From Squalus acanthias (Eukaryota): 64,000 nt of DNA. This document shows positions 50,221-62,864 of this stretch, in pieces; the first letter of the stretch is position 1; each line of letters begins with the position of its first letter. The translations under genes were made by a program, and so were the position numbers. The stretch spans positions 56,422,001-56,486,000 of the forward strand of contig CM059438.1 in NCBI GenBank assembly GCA_030390025.1. The letters run 5' to 3'. Under the pieces are notes generated by a model. The model was not told the DNA's origin and searched no databases. It saw nothing but the letters and a program-made list of their open reading frames with translations.

Positions 50221-50646
50221 ACAGTCTGTGATAGGGTGTAAGGCAGGAGAGATTAAATGACTATCATTAACATGAACACCATGACTAACAATAACACTAA
50301 CAATAACACGGTCACAAATGCCATCACTAACACCGTCGCTAACACTAACACTGTCACAAACGCCATCACTAACACCGTCGCAGACACTAACACAGCCAGT
50401 AACACAAAGACAATCTCGAACACAAACTCGAACACAAACTCCAGCACTAACTTGAACACAGACTCTAGAGCTATAGGGGGAAAAATTCAGTTGGTTGCGC
50501 CTCCCGTTAGCGCCTTAAGAGGGCACTAATGGGGCACAAAGCAACTAGCGCCTGGGCGCAGCGATGTTTGCGCCGCTCGCGAAATTAACTAGACATTTTG
50601 CGGCGGCGCTAAACTTTACCGCCGCGATCTCCTGCACACGCAGATC

Positions 50647-52134
50647 TTGACATCATACGAGGGTGCAATGCCCTTGTGGCGCCCCGGAGTGGAAATTGAG
50701 TGGCGCCCCCATCCTTTCCGCCTGGCGCAACCAACGACCGGAAGACTGGAACGCTCCCCAGTCGCTGTGGGGTTGGGGGGGCGCTATTTAAAGGGGGGCC
50801 TCTTCCTGTCTTTCTCTGTGGTTGACATTTTTGCACCACTCGTTCTGAGAAAGAGTGAGAGAGAGATTCGGAGAGAGAGAAAGAGAGACTTCTGCATTGA
50901 GTCAACGCTGTGTGAGGTAGTTTTGGCTACTGATCATAACTTTGCAGGTACTTTGGTTTTTGACCTTCATAACTTTGATTGCCAAGAGACTGCGGGGGCT
51001 GCACTAATTGGGGGCGTCGTCCTGCGCCACCAGAATCGGAGGCCACAGAGACGCAGAGAGAGAGTGGCAATCATGGCCAGACGGAGGAGACCTTACCCTC
51101 CCAGGGTATATCGGCAACAATTCACATATATTAATATGTCTGAGGAGCAGTGTTTGCGAAGGCTGCGCTTCAGCAAGGAGGTAGTCACTGAGCTCTGCCA
51201 CCTGCTGCAGCCAGATCTGCAGCCTCAACTGAGGTCCAGGACGTCTCTGTCGGTGGCAGTGAAGATCACAGTGGCTCTGAACTTTTATGCCACTGGCTCA
51301 TTTCAATCAACTACTGGGGACATTGCAAATATCTCCCAGTTCGCGGTGCATTGCTGCATCCGTCAGGTCACAAATGCCCTCTTTAAAAGGAGACGAGAGT
51401 ACATCTCTTTCCCCATGACCCCAGACAAGCAGCAAGAACGCGCAATGGGCTTTGCTAGGATAGCGGGCTTCCCCATGGTGCAGGGCGCCATTGACTGCAC
51501 GCATGTGGCTTTGCGTGCTCCGCATGAGAATGCCGAGGATTTCCGCAACAGAAAGGGGTTCCATTCCTTAAACGTTCAGTTGGTCTGTGACCACAGACAG
51601 CTGATACTCGCTGTCAATGCCCACTATCCTGGCAGCTGCCACGATGCATTCATCCTGCGCCAGACTACTGTGGCAGAACTTTTCGAGGCACCGCATCAGC
51701 CAGTTGGTTGGCTTCTCGGGGACAAGAGATATCCACTGAGCACCTGGCTGATGACACCGCTCCGTACGCCCAACACCCCTGCTGAGCTGCGGTACAATGA
51801 GAGCCATCAAGCTACCAGGAACATCGTTGAGCACACAATCGGCGTGCTCAAGCAACGGTTCCGCTGTCTGGACCATTCTGGAGGAGCCCTGCAGTACTCA
51901 CCTGAGCGAGTTTCCCACTTCGTAGCTGTGTGCTGCATGCTGCATAACCTGGCAATCCTCAGGACCCAGCCAATGCCACCAGGCCTTGGAGCACCACCAG
52001 AGGAGGAGGAGGAAGAGGAGGAGGAAGAGGAAGAGGAGGAGGATGATCATCAGCAGCACCAAGGCGGGAGGGAGGTCCACATTGTAGAAACTGGAAGGGC
52101 CGTCCGTCAACGGCTGATAGCAAGCCGCTTCTAG
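50647..52134 (+). CDS. Harbinger (HARBI1-family) DDE transposase; true start probably near 50990-51075
   Basis: GAIDCTH, NRKGFHSLNVQ, GSCHDA, LLGDKRY, RNIVEHTIGVLKQRFRCL, CCMLHN and an acidic tail. Confidence 0.92.
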   Translation: MTSYEGAMPLWRPGVEIEWRPHPFRLAQPTTGRLERSPVAVGLGGRYLKGGLFLSFSVVDIFAPLVLRKSEREIRRERKRDFCIESTLCEVVLATDHNFAGTLVFDLHNFDCQETAGAALIGGVVLRHQNRRPQRRRERVAIMARRRRPYPPRVYRQQFTYINMSEEQCLRRLRFSKEVVTELCHLLQPDLQPQLRSRTSLSVAVKITVALNFYATGSFQSTTGDIANISQFAVHCCIRQVTNALFKRRREYISFPMTPDKQQERAMGFARIAGFPMVQGAIDCTHVALRAPHENAEDFRNRKGFHSLNVQLVCDHRQLILAVNAHYPGSCHDAFILRQTTVAELFEAPHQPVGWLLGDKRYPLSTWLMTPLRTPNTPAELRYNESHQATRNIVEHTIGVLKQRFRCLDHSGGALQYSPERVSHFVAVCCMLHNLAILRTQPMPPGLGAPPEEEEEEEEEEEEEEDDHQQHQGGREVHIVETGRAVRQRLIASRF

Positions 52135-52442
52135 GCCCCTGCTGAGGAAATGGCTTCTGCCATTGAGAACAACATGAATGAAACCAACCCGCAACCCCTA
52201 AGCCGGCCAAGGCAGCAATGATTCCAAAGACCAAACATGTACATTTTGAATACAAAAACTTATTTATTTTACAAACTCTGTGTGTGTCATTTCCTCATGA
52301 CAAACTAATAGAAAGAAACACAAAAACACAGTCATTAACATAACTGGTTCTCACAACCTGGAGATAATGTTCAAAATACTAAACAAAAGTTTGACCACGA
52401 ACCTCGGCCTTTAATAAAAAAATGACCAATATTTTGTCACAC

Positions 52443-54247
52443 CTACTTTTTGCCCTTCGAGGGTGATCTCCTTCCTTTGCGCACTTCCCCCCTTCCCACC
52501 CTACTGCTCCTCCGTAATGGGACCCCAGTGGCTGCAGCAAGGCTGGTGGAAGGCTGCTGAATGTCAGAACCTGAGACTGCAGACGCCCTTGAAGGACAGC
52601 CTCGACCAGCTCTGGGCCTGCAGGGCCCGGCTGCAGACTGCACCAACTCTGCATGGGCGGCAGCAGTCTGTCCTACAGGCGGTGGCAAGTGCAGTGGAGA
52701 AGTGACAGTGGTGGCAGCAGGAATGCTGTCATCTTGAGTGAGGACAGCAACTCCCTGCTCGACCGACACACTGGCACTTCAGCATCCGGAGCAATCTGCT
52801 GGAGCACAGATTGCTGGCCTGCTGCAGCGCGGTGAGAGCCCCGGGGAAATGTGTCCGAATCAGCAAGGATGACAGCAGTCAGTGCTCGCGTGGCCTCAAT
52901 CTGAGTCTGCATGAGAGCAGTCAGAGATGGGTTCATGGCAGCCATTGACTGAATTGCAGCACTAAACATTTGCGTGGCATCCGCCTGTGCTACAGCGAAG
53001 TGCTCCACACTCCTTGCCAGTGATTCAATGCATTCGGGCACCCTTCCCACTGCACCCATGAGCTCAGTGTGCATGTCCACCACCTGGGTGTTCATTTCAG
53101 TGATGAGCCGCTCCTCCTCTGCGTCCAGTGCAGTAGGACTCGCTGGCATACTCTCCCTCCGGGGAGAAGGCCCCCGAGCTTCCCTACCCCCATCGCATTG
53201 CTGCAGCCCACTGGGTCCTGGAGCTTCACCCTCATCAGACCCTTCGCCCCCTGCTCCCCTCCAGGGAAGGCGTGTTCCCAGTGTGGGCATGGGCTTCCTC
53301 GGGAGAGGGTGGCGCTGTTGCTCCGCCTTCATCTTCCTCCTCGCCTGCAGCTTCACTCCCACTGGCAGCTTGAGGGCCCGTCTCCTCAGCTGGTGAATCA
53401 CCATCTGAAAGCAGGGAGGTACAAGAGTAGCTTTAGCGTGAGGACAGGGGGGCAGTAAGGGAGGAATGAGTGCAGCGATTTAGTAAGTTGGATTGAAAGT
53501 GTCAAAGGCTGGTGTTGTGAGGGGCAAGTGGAAGGACAGAGGACAAAAAGGTGATGACCTTACCATTGCTGTCCAGAACGGGGTCGGCGTCTCCAGTGGC
53601 GACGGGACCGATCACCCGGCTTGCCACAATCCTGTGGACGCGCGCCTCAAGATCGCAGAGGGGTTGCAGCTGAGGCCGCCCTCCACCCGTCCGTTGCTGC
53701 TGTCTCCTATTATGAGATAGCTTGGCCTGCAAGAAAAAGGATGGCGTCTAAGTAAATATACAGCCATGGTCTTGCCTGATGTGCCTCCCATAGGTGAATA
53801 GCCCTTACTGTATGCAGCCATGGTCTTGCCTGATGTGCTTCCCATAGGTGAATAGCCCTTACTGTATGCAAAGTGTAGAATGTGCATGTGTGTTTCATGA
53901 GAGGGCCATAGGTGTTGGATGAGTGTTGGGCATTGGGGTTTTAAGACCCTCTGGCCCTAGAGTGAGGTTGAGATGGAGGGATGGAGAGGTATTGAAAAAC
54001 AGCCACTCACCCTGACGACCCGAGTGAGGTCGTTGAACTTTTTTCGACATTGTATATGGGTCCTGGGCACCATGCTCCTGGAGGAGACGCTCTGAGCCCA
54101 CTCCCTCCACACTCTTCTGTACTCGCGCGGCAAAGGCCTCCTGCCACTCTCAGGGAAGAGTATAGATCTTCTGCGCTCCACCGCGCCAACCAGACCTTCC
54201 AAGGCCCGCTCGCTGAAGCGCTGAGCTCGTTCTCTCACCCTCTCCAT
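52443..54247 (-). pseudogene. Harbinger Myb/SANT-like DNA-binding gene, 3 exons (54247-54011, 53726-53564, 53404-52443); exon 3 frameshifted
   Basis: RFSERALEGLV...W...RTHIQCRKKFNDL trihelix motif and RTGGG; GT-AG introns with compatible phases; frame changes near 53250 and 52770. Confidence 0.85.
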
Positions 54248-54914
54248 AGTCCTTGGCTGGAAAATTTAGGCACAGGTCTGTCCAGGCCGAGATTCAAGGC
54301 TCCAATGAGCAGGGTGTGGCTGGAGTGCAAGATCGACCCTCCCCTTTAAGAACTGTCCAGCGCCAGTGTGTCTGTGTTCCATCGCTAACTGACAGCACCT
54401 GCGCTGCGCCCGCGCTCTGAGTTAGCGCCTCGCTCCTCGGCCTTTGCGCCTTAAGACAGATGTGTAGCGCCTGATTTAGCGCTCTAATCACCTCCGGGGG
54501 CGATAAAAGTCAAGTTTGCAGTCAGAGGCGATAATTAGCGCCAGGCGCTAATCTTTGCGCCCGGCCGATAATTGCGCTACAAATGGGGCGATACTGAATT
54601 TCTCCCCCATAGAGTCATAACGTAAGCACAAACTAAATTCTAACACAGAGCCAATACAAACGTATCTTCCAACACAAACGAAATTCTATTCCATTGGCAA
54701 TAAAGAGGAAATGCAGCTATACTGACAGTATCTGTACTTACCACAGTGTCACCGTCTCCCTACCCTGCTCTTTCATGTAGCTGCCAGGAAGCAGTGTTGG
54801 GTAGAGCTACCCCGGGAGTGACATCATGACGGGAGTTAGCTGGCTGTGAAGAGTACAGACAATTACTAGACATGTAGGAAATGGCGTGGTAAAGGGAGCG
54901 GAACTCTGTCCAGT

Positions 54915-57900
54915 CAGTGGGTGGGTCAGTGGGTCAGGCACTGTCTTGTCAGGAGGTCACTGGGTCAGACACTGTCCTGTCAGGGGGTGGGTGGGTCAGT
55001 GGGTCAGACACTGTCCTGTCAGGGGGTGGGTGGGTCAGTGGGTCAGACACTATCCTGTCAGGGGGTGGGTCAGTGGGTCAGACACTGTCCTGTCAGGGGG
55101 TGGGTCAGTGGGTCAGACACTGTCCTGTCAGGGGGTGGGTCAGTGGGTCAGACACTGTCCTGTCAGTGGGTGGGTCAGTGGGTCAGACACTGTGCTGTCA
55201 GGGGGTGGGTCAGTGGATTAGACACTGTCCTGTCAGGGGGTGGGTCAGTGGGTCAGACACTGTCCTGTCAGGGGGTGGGTGGGTCAGTGGGTCAGACACT
55301 GTCCTGTCAGGGGGTGGGTGGGTCAGTGGGTCAGACACTGTCCTGTCAGTGGGTGGGTCAGTGGAGCAGACACTGTCCTGTCAGGGGGTGGGTCAGTGGG
55401 TCAGACACTGTCCTGTCAGGGTGTGGGTGAGTCAGTGGGTCAGACACTGTCGTGTCAGGGGGTGGGTCAGTGGGTCAGACACTGTCCTGTCAGGGGGTCA
55501 GTGGGTCAGACACTGTCCTGTCAGGGGGTGGGTCAGTGGGTCAGACACTGTCCTGTCAGGGGGTGGGTGGGTCAGTGGGTCAGACACTGTCCTGTCAGGG
55601 GGTGGGTGGGTCAGTGGGTCAGACACTGTCCTGTCAGTGGGTGGGTCAGTGGGTCAGACACTGTCCTGTCAGTGGGTGGGTCAGTTGGTCAGACACTGCC
55701 CTGTCAGGGGGTGGGTGGGTCAGTGGGTCAGACACTGTCCTGTCAGGGGGTCAGTGGGTCAGACACTGTCCTGTCAGGGGGTGGGTCAGTGGGTCAGACA
55801 CTGTCCTGTCAGGGGGTGGGTGGGTCAGTGGGTCAGACATCGTCCTGTCAGGGGGTGGGTGGGTCAGACACTGTCCTGTCAGTGGGTGGGTCAGTGGGTC
55901 AGACACTGTCCTGTCAGGGGGTGGGTGGGTCAGTGGATCAGACACTGTCCTGTCAGGGGGTGGGTGGGTCAGTGGGTCAGACACTGTCCTGTCAGGGGGT
56001 GGGTCAGTGGGTCTGACACTGTCCTGTCAGGGGGTGGGTGGGTCAGTGGGTCAGACACTGTGCTGTCAGGGGGTGGGTGGGTCAGTGGATCAGACACTGT
56101 CCTGTCAGGGGGTGGGTCAGTGGGTCAGACACTGTCCTGTCAGGGGGTGGGTCAGTGGGTCAGACACTGTCCTGTCAGGGGGTGGGTCAGTGGGTCAGAC
56201 ACTGTCCTGTCAGTGGGTGGGTCAGTGGGTCAGACACTGTCCTGTCAGTGGGTGGGTCAGTGGGTCAGACACTGTCCTGTCAGGGGGTGGGTGGGTCAGT
56301 GGGTCAGACACTGTGCTGTCAGGGGGTGGGTCAGTGGATCAGACACTGTCCTGTCAGGGGGTGGGTCAGTGGGTCAGACACTGTCCTGTCAGGGGGTGGG
56401 TGGGTCAGTGGGTCAGACACTGTCCTGTCAGGGGGTGGGTGGGTCAGTGGGTCAGACACTGTCCTGTCAGTGGGTGGGTCAGTGGAGCAGACACTGTCCT
56501 GTCAGGGGGTGGGTGGGTCAGTGGGTCAGACACTGTCCTGTCAGGGGGTGGGTCAGTGGGTCAGACACTGTCCTGTCAGGGGGTGGGTGGGTCAGTGGGT
56601 CAGACATCGTCCTGTCAGGGGGTGGGTGGGTCAGACACTGTCCTGTCAGTGGGTGGGTCAGTGGGTCAGACACTGTCCTGTCAGGGGGTGGGTCAGTGGG
56701 TCAGACACTGTCCTGTCAGGGGGTGGGTCAGTGGGTCAGACACTGTACTGTCAGTGGGTGGGTCAGTGGGTCAGACACTGTCCTGTCAGGGGGTGGGTCA
56801 GTGGGTCAGACACTGTCCTGTCAGGGGGTGGGTGGGTCAGGGGTCAGACACTGTCCTGTCAGGGGGTCAGTGGGTCAGACACTGTCCTGTCAGGGGGTGG
56901 GTGGGTCCATGGGTCAGACACTGTCCTGTCAGGGGGTCAGTGGGTCAGACACTGTCCTGTCAGGGAGTCAGTGGGTCAGACACTGTCCTGTCAGGGGGTC
57001 AGTGGGTCAGACACTGTCCTGTCAGTGGGTGGGTCAGTGGGTCAGACACTGTCCTGTCAGGGGGTGGGTCAGTGGGTCAGACACTGTCCTGTCAGGGGGT
57101 GGGTCAGTGGGTCAGACACTGTCCTGTCAGGGGGTCAGTGGGTCAGACACTGTCCTGTCAGGGGGTGGGTGGGTCAGTGGGTCAGACACTGTCCTGTCAG
57201 GGGGTCAGTGGGTCAGTGGGTCAGACACTGTCCTGTCAGGGGGTGAGTGGGTCAGTGGGTCAGACACTGTCCTGTCAGGGGGTGGGTGGGTCAGTGGGTC
57301 AGACACTGTCCTGTCAGGGGGTGGGTCAGTGGGTCAGACACTATCCTGTCAGGGAGTGGGTCAGTGGGTCAGACACTGTCCTGTCAGGGGGTGGGTCAGT
57401 GGGTCAGACACTGTCCTGTCAGTGGGTGGGTCAGTGGGTCAGACACTGTCCTGTCAGGGGGTGGGTCAGTGGGTCAGACACTGTCCTGTCAGGGGGTGGG
57501 TCAGTGGGTCAGACACTGTCCTGTCAGGGGGTCAGTGGGTCAGACACTGTGTTGTCAGGGGGTGGGTGGGTCAGTGGGTCAGACACTGTCCTGTCAGGAG
57601 TGAGACACTGTCCTGTCAGGGGGTGGGTCAGTGGGTCAGACACTGCCCTGTCAGGGGTTGGGTGGGTCAGTGGGTCATACACTGTCCTGTCAGAGGGTGG
57701 GTGGGTCCGTGGGTTAGACACTGTCCTATCAGGGGTCAGACACTGTCCTGTCAGGGGGTGGGTCAGTGGGTCAGACATTGTCCTGTCAGGGGGTGGGTGG
57801 GTCAGGGGTCAGACACTGTCCTGTCAGGGGGTCAGTTGGTCATTGGATCAGACACTGTCCTGTCAGTGGGTCAGTGGGTCAGACACTGTTCTGTCAGGTG

Positions 57901-58297
57901 TTCAGTGGGTCAGACCTTGTCCTTTCTGGAGGTGGGTTGGTCCGTGGGTCAGCCACAGTCCTGTCAAGGAGTGGGTGGGTCAGGGGTCAGACACTGTCCT
58001 GTCAGGGGGTCAGTGGGTCATTGGATCAGACACTGTCCTGTCAGGGGGTCCGTGGGTCAGATACTGTCCTGTCAGGGGGTCAGTGGGTCAGACACTGTCC
58101 TGTCAGGGGGTGGGTGGGTCAGTGGGTCAGACACTGTCCTGTCAGGGGGTGGGTCAGTGGGTCTGACACTGTCCTGTCAGGGGGTGGGTGCATGGGTCAG
58201 ACACTGTCCTGTCTGGGGGTGGGTGGGTCAGTGGGTCAGACACTGTCCTGTCAGGGGGTCAGTGGGTCAGACACTGTCCTGTCTGGGGGTGGTGGGT
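54915..58297. repeat. 31/35/39-bp G-rich satellite GGGTCAGACACTGTCCTGTCAGGGGGT(GGGT)nCAGT (left part)
   Basis: Tandem units that differ by GGGT steps; source of the 1133-aa pseudo-ORF. Confidence 0.97.
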
Positions 58298-59441
58298 CAT
58301 AAGAACATAAGAACATAAGAAATAGGAGCAGGAGTAGACCAATCGGCCCCTCGAGCCTGCTCCGCCATTCAATGAGATCATGGCTGATCTGATCCAACCT
58401 CAACTCTAAAGAACACAAGAAGCAGGAGCAGGACCAGGCCACTCGGCCCCTGGGCCCGCTCCGCCACCCACAGGGCCTTGACCGATCCGAACTCAAACTC
58501 ATGTCCAATTTCCAGCCCGCTCCCCGTAACCCCTGATTCCCTTTACTTCTAGGAAACGGTCTATTTCTGTTTTAAATTTATTTAATGAAGTAGCTTCCAC
58601 AGCTTCCTGGGGTAGCAAATTACACAGACCCACTACCCTCTGAGTGAAAAAGTTTCTCCTCATCTCAGTTTTGAAAGAGGAGCCCCTTATTCTAAGATTA
58701 TGTCCCCTAGTTCTAGTTTCACCCATCATTGGGAACATCCTCACCGCGTCCACCCGATCAAGCCCCTTCACAATCTTATATGTTTCAATAAGATCGCCTC
58801 TCATTCTTCTGAACTCCAATGAGTAGAGTCCCAATCTACTCAACCTCTCCTCGTATGTCCACCCCCTCATCCCCGGAATTAACCGAGTGAACCTTCTTTG
58901 TACTGCCTAGAGAGCAAGTATGTCTTTTCTTAAGTATGGACACCAAAACTGTATGCAGTACTCCAGGTGCGGTCTCACCAATACCCTATACAACTGCAGC
59001 AATACCTCCCTGTTTTTATATTCTATCCCCCTAGCAATAAAAGCCAACATTCCATTGGCTTTCTTGATCACCTGCTGCACCTGCATACTAACTTTTTGAT
59101 TTTCTTGCACCAAGACCCCCAGATCCCTTTGTACTGCAGTACTTTCCAGTTTCTCGCCATTAAGATAATAACTTGCTCTCTGATTTTTCCTGCCAAAGTG
59201 CATAACCTCACATTTTCCAATATTGTATTGCATCTGCCAAATCTCTGCCCACTCACCCAGCCTGTCTATATCCCCTTGTAGGTTTTTTATGTCCTCCTCA
59301 CTCTCTACTTTCCCTCCCATCTTTGTATCATCTGCAAACTTTGATATGTTACCCTCGGTCCCCTCCTCCAAATCGTTAATATAGATTGTAAAGAGTTGGG
59401 GTCCCAGCACCGACCCCTGCGGAACACCACTGGCTACTGGT
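58298..59441 (-). mobile_element. 5'-truncated CR1 inserted in the satellite
   Basis: GVPQGSVLGP...KFADDTK...GYGERAGNWT, with a (TTCTTATG)n tail. Confidence 0.93.
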
Positions 59442-61580
59442 TGTCAGGGGGTCAGTGGGTCAGACACTGTCCTGTCTGGGGGTCAGTGAGTCAGACACTG
59501 TCCTGTCTGGGGGTCAGTGAGTCAGACACTGTCCTGTCAGGGGGTCAGTGGGTCAGACACTGTCCTGTCAGGGGGTGGGTGGGTCAGTGGGTCAGACACT
59601 GTCCTGTCAGGGGGTCAGTGGGTCAGACACTGTCCTGTCTGGGGGTCAGTGAGTCAGACACTGTCCTGTCTGGGGGTCAGTGAGTCAGACACTGTCCTGT
59701 CAGGGGGTCAGTGGGTCAGACACTGTCCTGTCAGGGGTGGGTGGGTCAGTGGGTCAGACACTGTCCTGTCAGGGGGTCCGTGGGTCAGACACTGTCCTGT
59801 CTGGGGGTCCGTGGGTCAGACACTGTCCTGTCAGAGGGGTCAGTGGGTCAGACACTGTCCTGTCAGGGGGTCAGTGGGTCAGACACTGTCCTGTCAGGGG
59901 GTGGGTGGGTCAGTGGGTCAGACACTGTCCTGTCAGGAGGTCAGTGGGTCAGACACTGTCCTGTCAGGGGGTGGGTGGGTCCATGGGTCAGACACTGTCC
60001 TGTCAGGGGGTCAGTGAGTCAGACACTGTCCTGTCTGGGGGTCAGTGAGTCAGACACTGTCCTGTCAGGGGGTCAGTGGGTCAGACACTGTCCTGTCAGT
60101 GGGTGGGTCCGTGGGTCAGACACGGTCCTGTCAGGGGGTGGGTCCGTGGGTCAGACACTGTCCTGTCAGGGGGTGGGTGGGTCAGTGGGTCAGACACTGT
60201 CCTGTCAGGGGGTCAGTGGGTCAGACACTGTCCTGTCAGGGGGTCCGTGGGTCAGACACTGTCCTGTCAGGGGGTCAGTGGGTCAGACACTGTCCTGTCA
60301 GGGGGTCAGTGGGTCAGACACTGTCCTGTCAGGGGGTGGGTGGGTCAGTGGGTCAGACACTGTCCTGTCAGGGGGTCAGTGGGTCAGACACTGTCCTGTC
60401 AGGGGGTGGGTGGGTCCATGGGTCAGACACTGTCCTGTCAGGGGGTCAGTGGGTCAGACACTGTCCTGTCTGGGGGTCAGTGGGTCAGACTGTCCTGTCA
60501 GGGGGTGGGTCCGTGGGTCAGACACTGTCCTGTCAGGGGGTGGGTGGGTCCATGGGTCAGACACTGTCCTGTCTGGGGGTCAGTGGGTCAGACACTGTCC
60601 TGTCAGGGGGTGGGTCCGTGGGTCAGACACTGTCCTGTCAGGGGGTGGGTGGGTCCATGGGTCAGACACTGTCCTGTCAGGGGGTCAGTGGGTCAGACAC
60701 TGTCCTGTCAGGGGGTGGGTCCGTGGGTCAGACACTGTCCTGTCAGGGGGTCAGTGGGTCAGACACTGTCCTGTCAGGGGGTGGGTCCGTGGGTCAGACA
60801 CTGTCCTGTCAGGGGGTCAGTGGGTCAGACACTGTCCTGTCAGGGGGTCAGTGAGTCAGACACTGTCCTGTCAGGGGGTCAGTGGGTCAGACACTGTCCT
60901 GTCAGGGAGTCAGTGGGTCAGACACTGTCCTGTCAGGGGGTGGGTCCGTGGGTCAGACACTGTCCTGTCAGGGGGTCGGTGGGTCCATGGGTCAGACACT
61001 GTCCTGTCAGGGGGTCAGTGGGTCAGACACTGTCCTGTCTGGGTGTCAGTGGGTCAGACACTGTCCTGTCAGGGGGTGGGTCCGTGGGTCAGACACTGTC
61101 CTGTCAGGGGATGGGTGGGTCCATGGGTCAGACACTGTCCTGTCAGGGGGTCAGTGGGTCAGACACTGTCCTGTCTGGGGGTCAGTGGGTCAGACACTGT
61201 CCTGTCAGGGGGTCAGTGGGTCAGACACTGTCCTGTCAGGGGGTGGGTCCGTGGGTCAGGCACTGTCATGTCAGGGGGTGGGTCCGTGGGTGAGACACTG
61301 TCCTGTCAGGGGGTGAGTGGGTCAGTGGGTCAGACACTGTCCTGTCAGGGGGTCAGTGGGTCAGACACTGTCCTGTCAGGGGGTGGGTCCGTGGGTCAGA
61401 CACTGTCCTGTCAGGGGGTGGGTCCGTGGGTCAGACACTGTCCTGTCAGGGGGTGGGTGGGTCAGTGGGTCAGACACTGTCCTGTCAGGGGGTCAGTGGG
61501 TCAGACACTGTCTTGTCAGGGGGTGGGTCCGTGGGTCAGACACTGTCCTGTCTGGGGGTGGGTGGGTCAGTGGGTCAGAT
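59442..61580. repeat. Same G-rich satellite (right part)
   Basis: The unit resumes after the CR1. Confidence 0.97.
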
Positions 61581-61671
61581 ACTTTTTTGGGTGTGTTTGC
61601 GTCGGTTTTAATACAGGTTTGTTTTGTTCACTTTTGTACGTATTATGTGAACAGTATTAAGAATATAAGCC

Positions 61672-62864
61672 AGTGCATGTGGTGTATTTGGATTTCCAGA
61701 AGGCATTCGATAAGGTGCCACATAAAAGGTTACTGCATAAGATAAGAGCTCACGGAGTTGGGGGTAATATATTAGCATGGATAGAGAATTGGCTGACTAA
61801 TAGAAAGCAGAGAGTCGGGATAAATGGGTCATTTCCCGGTTGGCAAACAGTAACTAGTGGGGTGCCACAAGGATCGGTGCTGGGGCCTCAACTATTTACA
61901 ATCTACATTAATGACTTGGATGAAGGGTTCGAGTGTAATGTAGCCAAGTTTGCGGATGATACAAAGATGGGTGGGAAAGCAAGTTGTGCAGAGGACTCAA
62001 AGAATCTGCAAAGGGATATAGATAGGCTAAGTGAGTGGGCAAACATTTGGCAGATGGAGTATAATGTGGGAAAGTGCAAGTTTATCCACGTTGGCAGGAA
62101 AAATAAAAAAGCAAATTATTATTTAAATGGAGAGAGATGACAAAATACTACAGTTCAGAGGGACCTGGGGGTCCTTGTGCATGAAACACAAAAAGTTAGC
62201 ATGCAGGTACAGCAAGTAATCAAAAAGGCAAATGGAATGTTGGATTTTATTGCAAGGGGGTTGGAGTATAAAAGCAGGGAAGTCCTGCTACAACTGTACA
62301 GGGTATTGGTGAGACCACACCTTGAGTACTGCGTACAGTTTTGGTCTCCTTATTTAAGGAGGGATATACTTGCATTGGAGGCAGTTCAGAGACGATTCAC
62401 ACGGTTGATTCCTGGGATGAAGGGGTTGACTTATGAAGAAAGGTTGAGCAGGTTGGGCCTATACTCATTGGAATTTAGAAGAATGAGAGGTGATCTTATT
62501 AAAACATATAAGATACTGAGGGGGCTCAACAAGGTAGGTGCAGAGAGGATGTTTCCCCTTGTGGGGAAATCTAGAACTCGGGGGCACAGTTTCAGAATAA
62601 AGGGTCGCCCTTTTAGAACTGAGATGAGGAGGAATTTCTTCTCTCAGAGGGTCGTAAATCTGTGGAATTCTCTGCCCCAGAGAGCTGTGGAGGCTGGGTC
62701 ATTAAATACATTTAAGGTGGAGATAGACAGATTTTTGAAACATAAGGGAATGAAGGGTTATGGGGAGCCCAAGATCAGCCATGATCTTATTGAATGGCGG
62801 AGCAGGCTCGAGGGGCCAAGTGGCCTATTCCTGCTCCTATTTCTTATGTTTTTATGTTCTTATG
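61672..62864 (+). mobile_element. 5'-truncated CR1 (RT to 3' tail)
   Basis: YLDFQKAFDKVPH, GVPQGS, KFADD; one in-frame stop near 62140; TTCTTATG tail. Confidence 0.93.

Larger units (their letters stand above)
48571..50260 (-). mobile_element. Penelope terminal (hammerhead-bearing) relic split by two MITEs: pieces 48571-48633, 49377-49491, 50221-50260
   Basis: CTGGAAATACTGAGCAGGTCAGACAGCATCTGTGGAGAGAGAAACAGAGTT and AATGTTTCAGGTCGATGA...CAGAACTG are homologous to 43905-43996. Confidence 0.75.
50476..54608. mobile_element. Full-length PIF/Harbinger DNA transposon (4133 bp)
   Basis: 16-bp TIRs GGGGGA(A/G)AAATTCAGT with 1 mismatch; 3-bp ATA duplication at 50473-50475 and 54609-54611; convergent transposase and Myb/SANT genes. 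Confidence 0.95.

Noticed and set aside
50647..52134. Host domesticated HARBI1 gene
   Set aside because: It lies between TIRs with a TSD and a partner Myb gene, so it is a transposon copy.
54917..58318. 1133-aa and 904-aa ORFs
   Set aside because: Translations of the G-rich satellite in overlapping frames, with no domain content.
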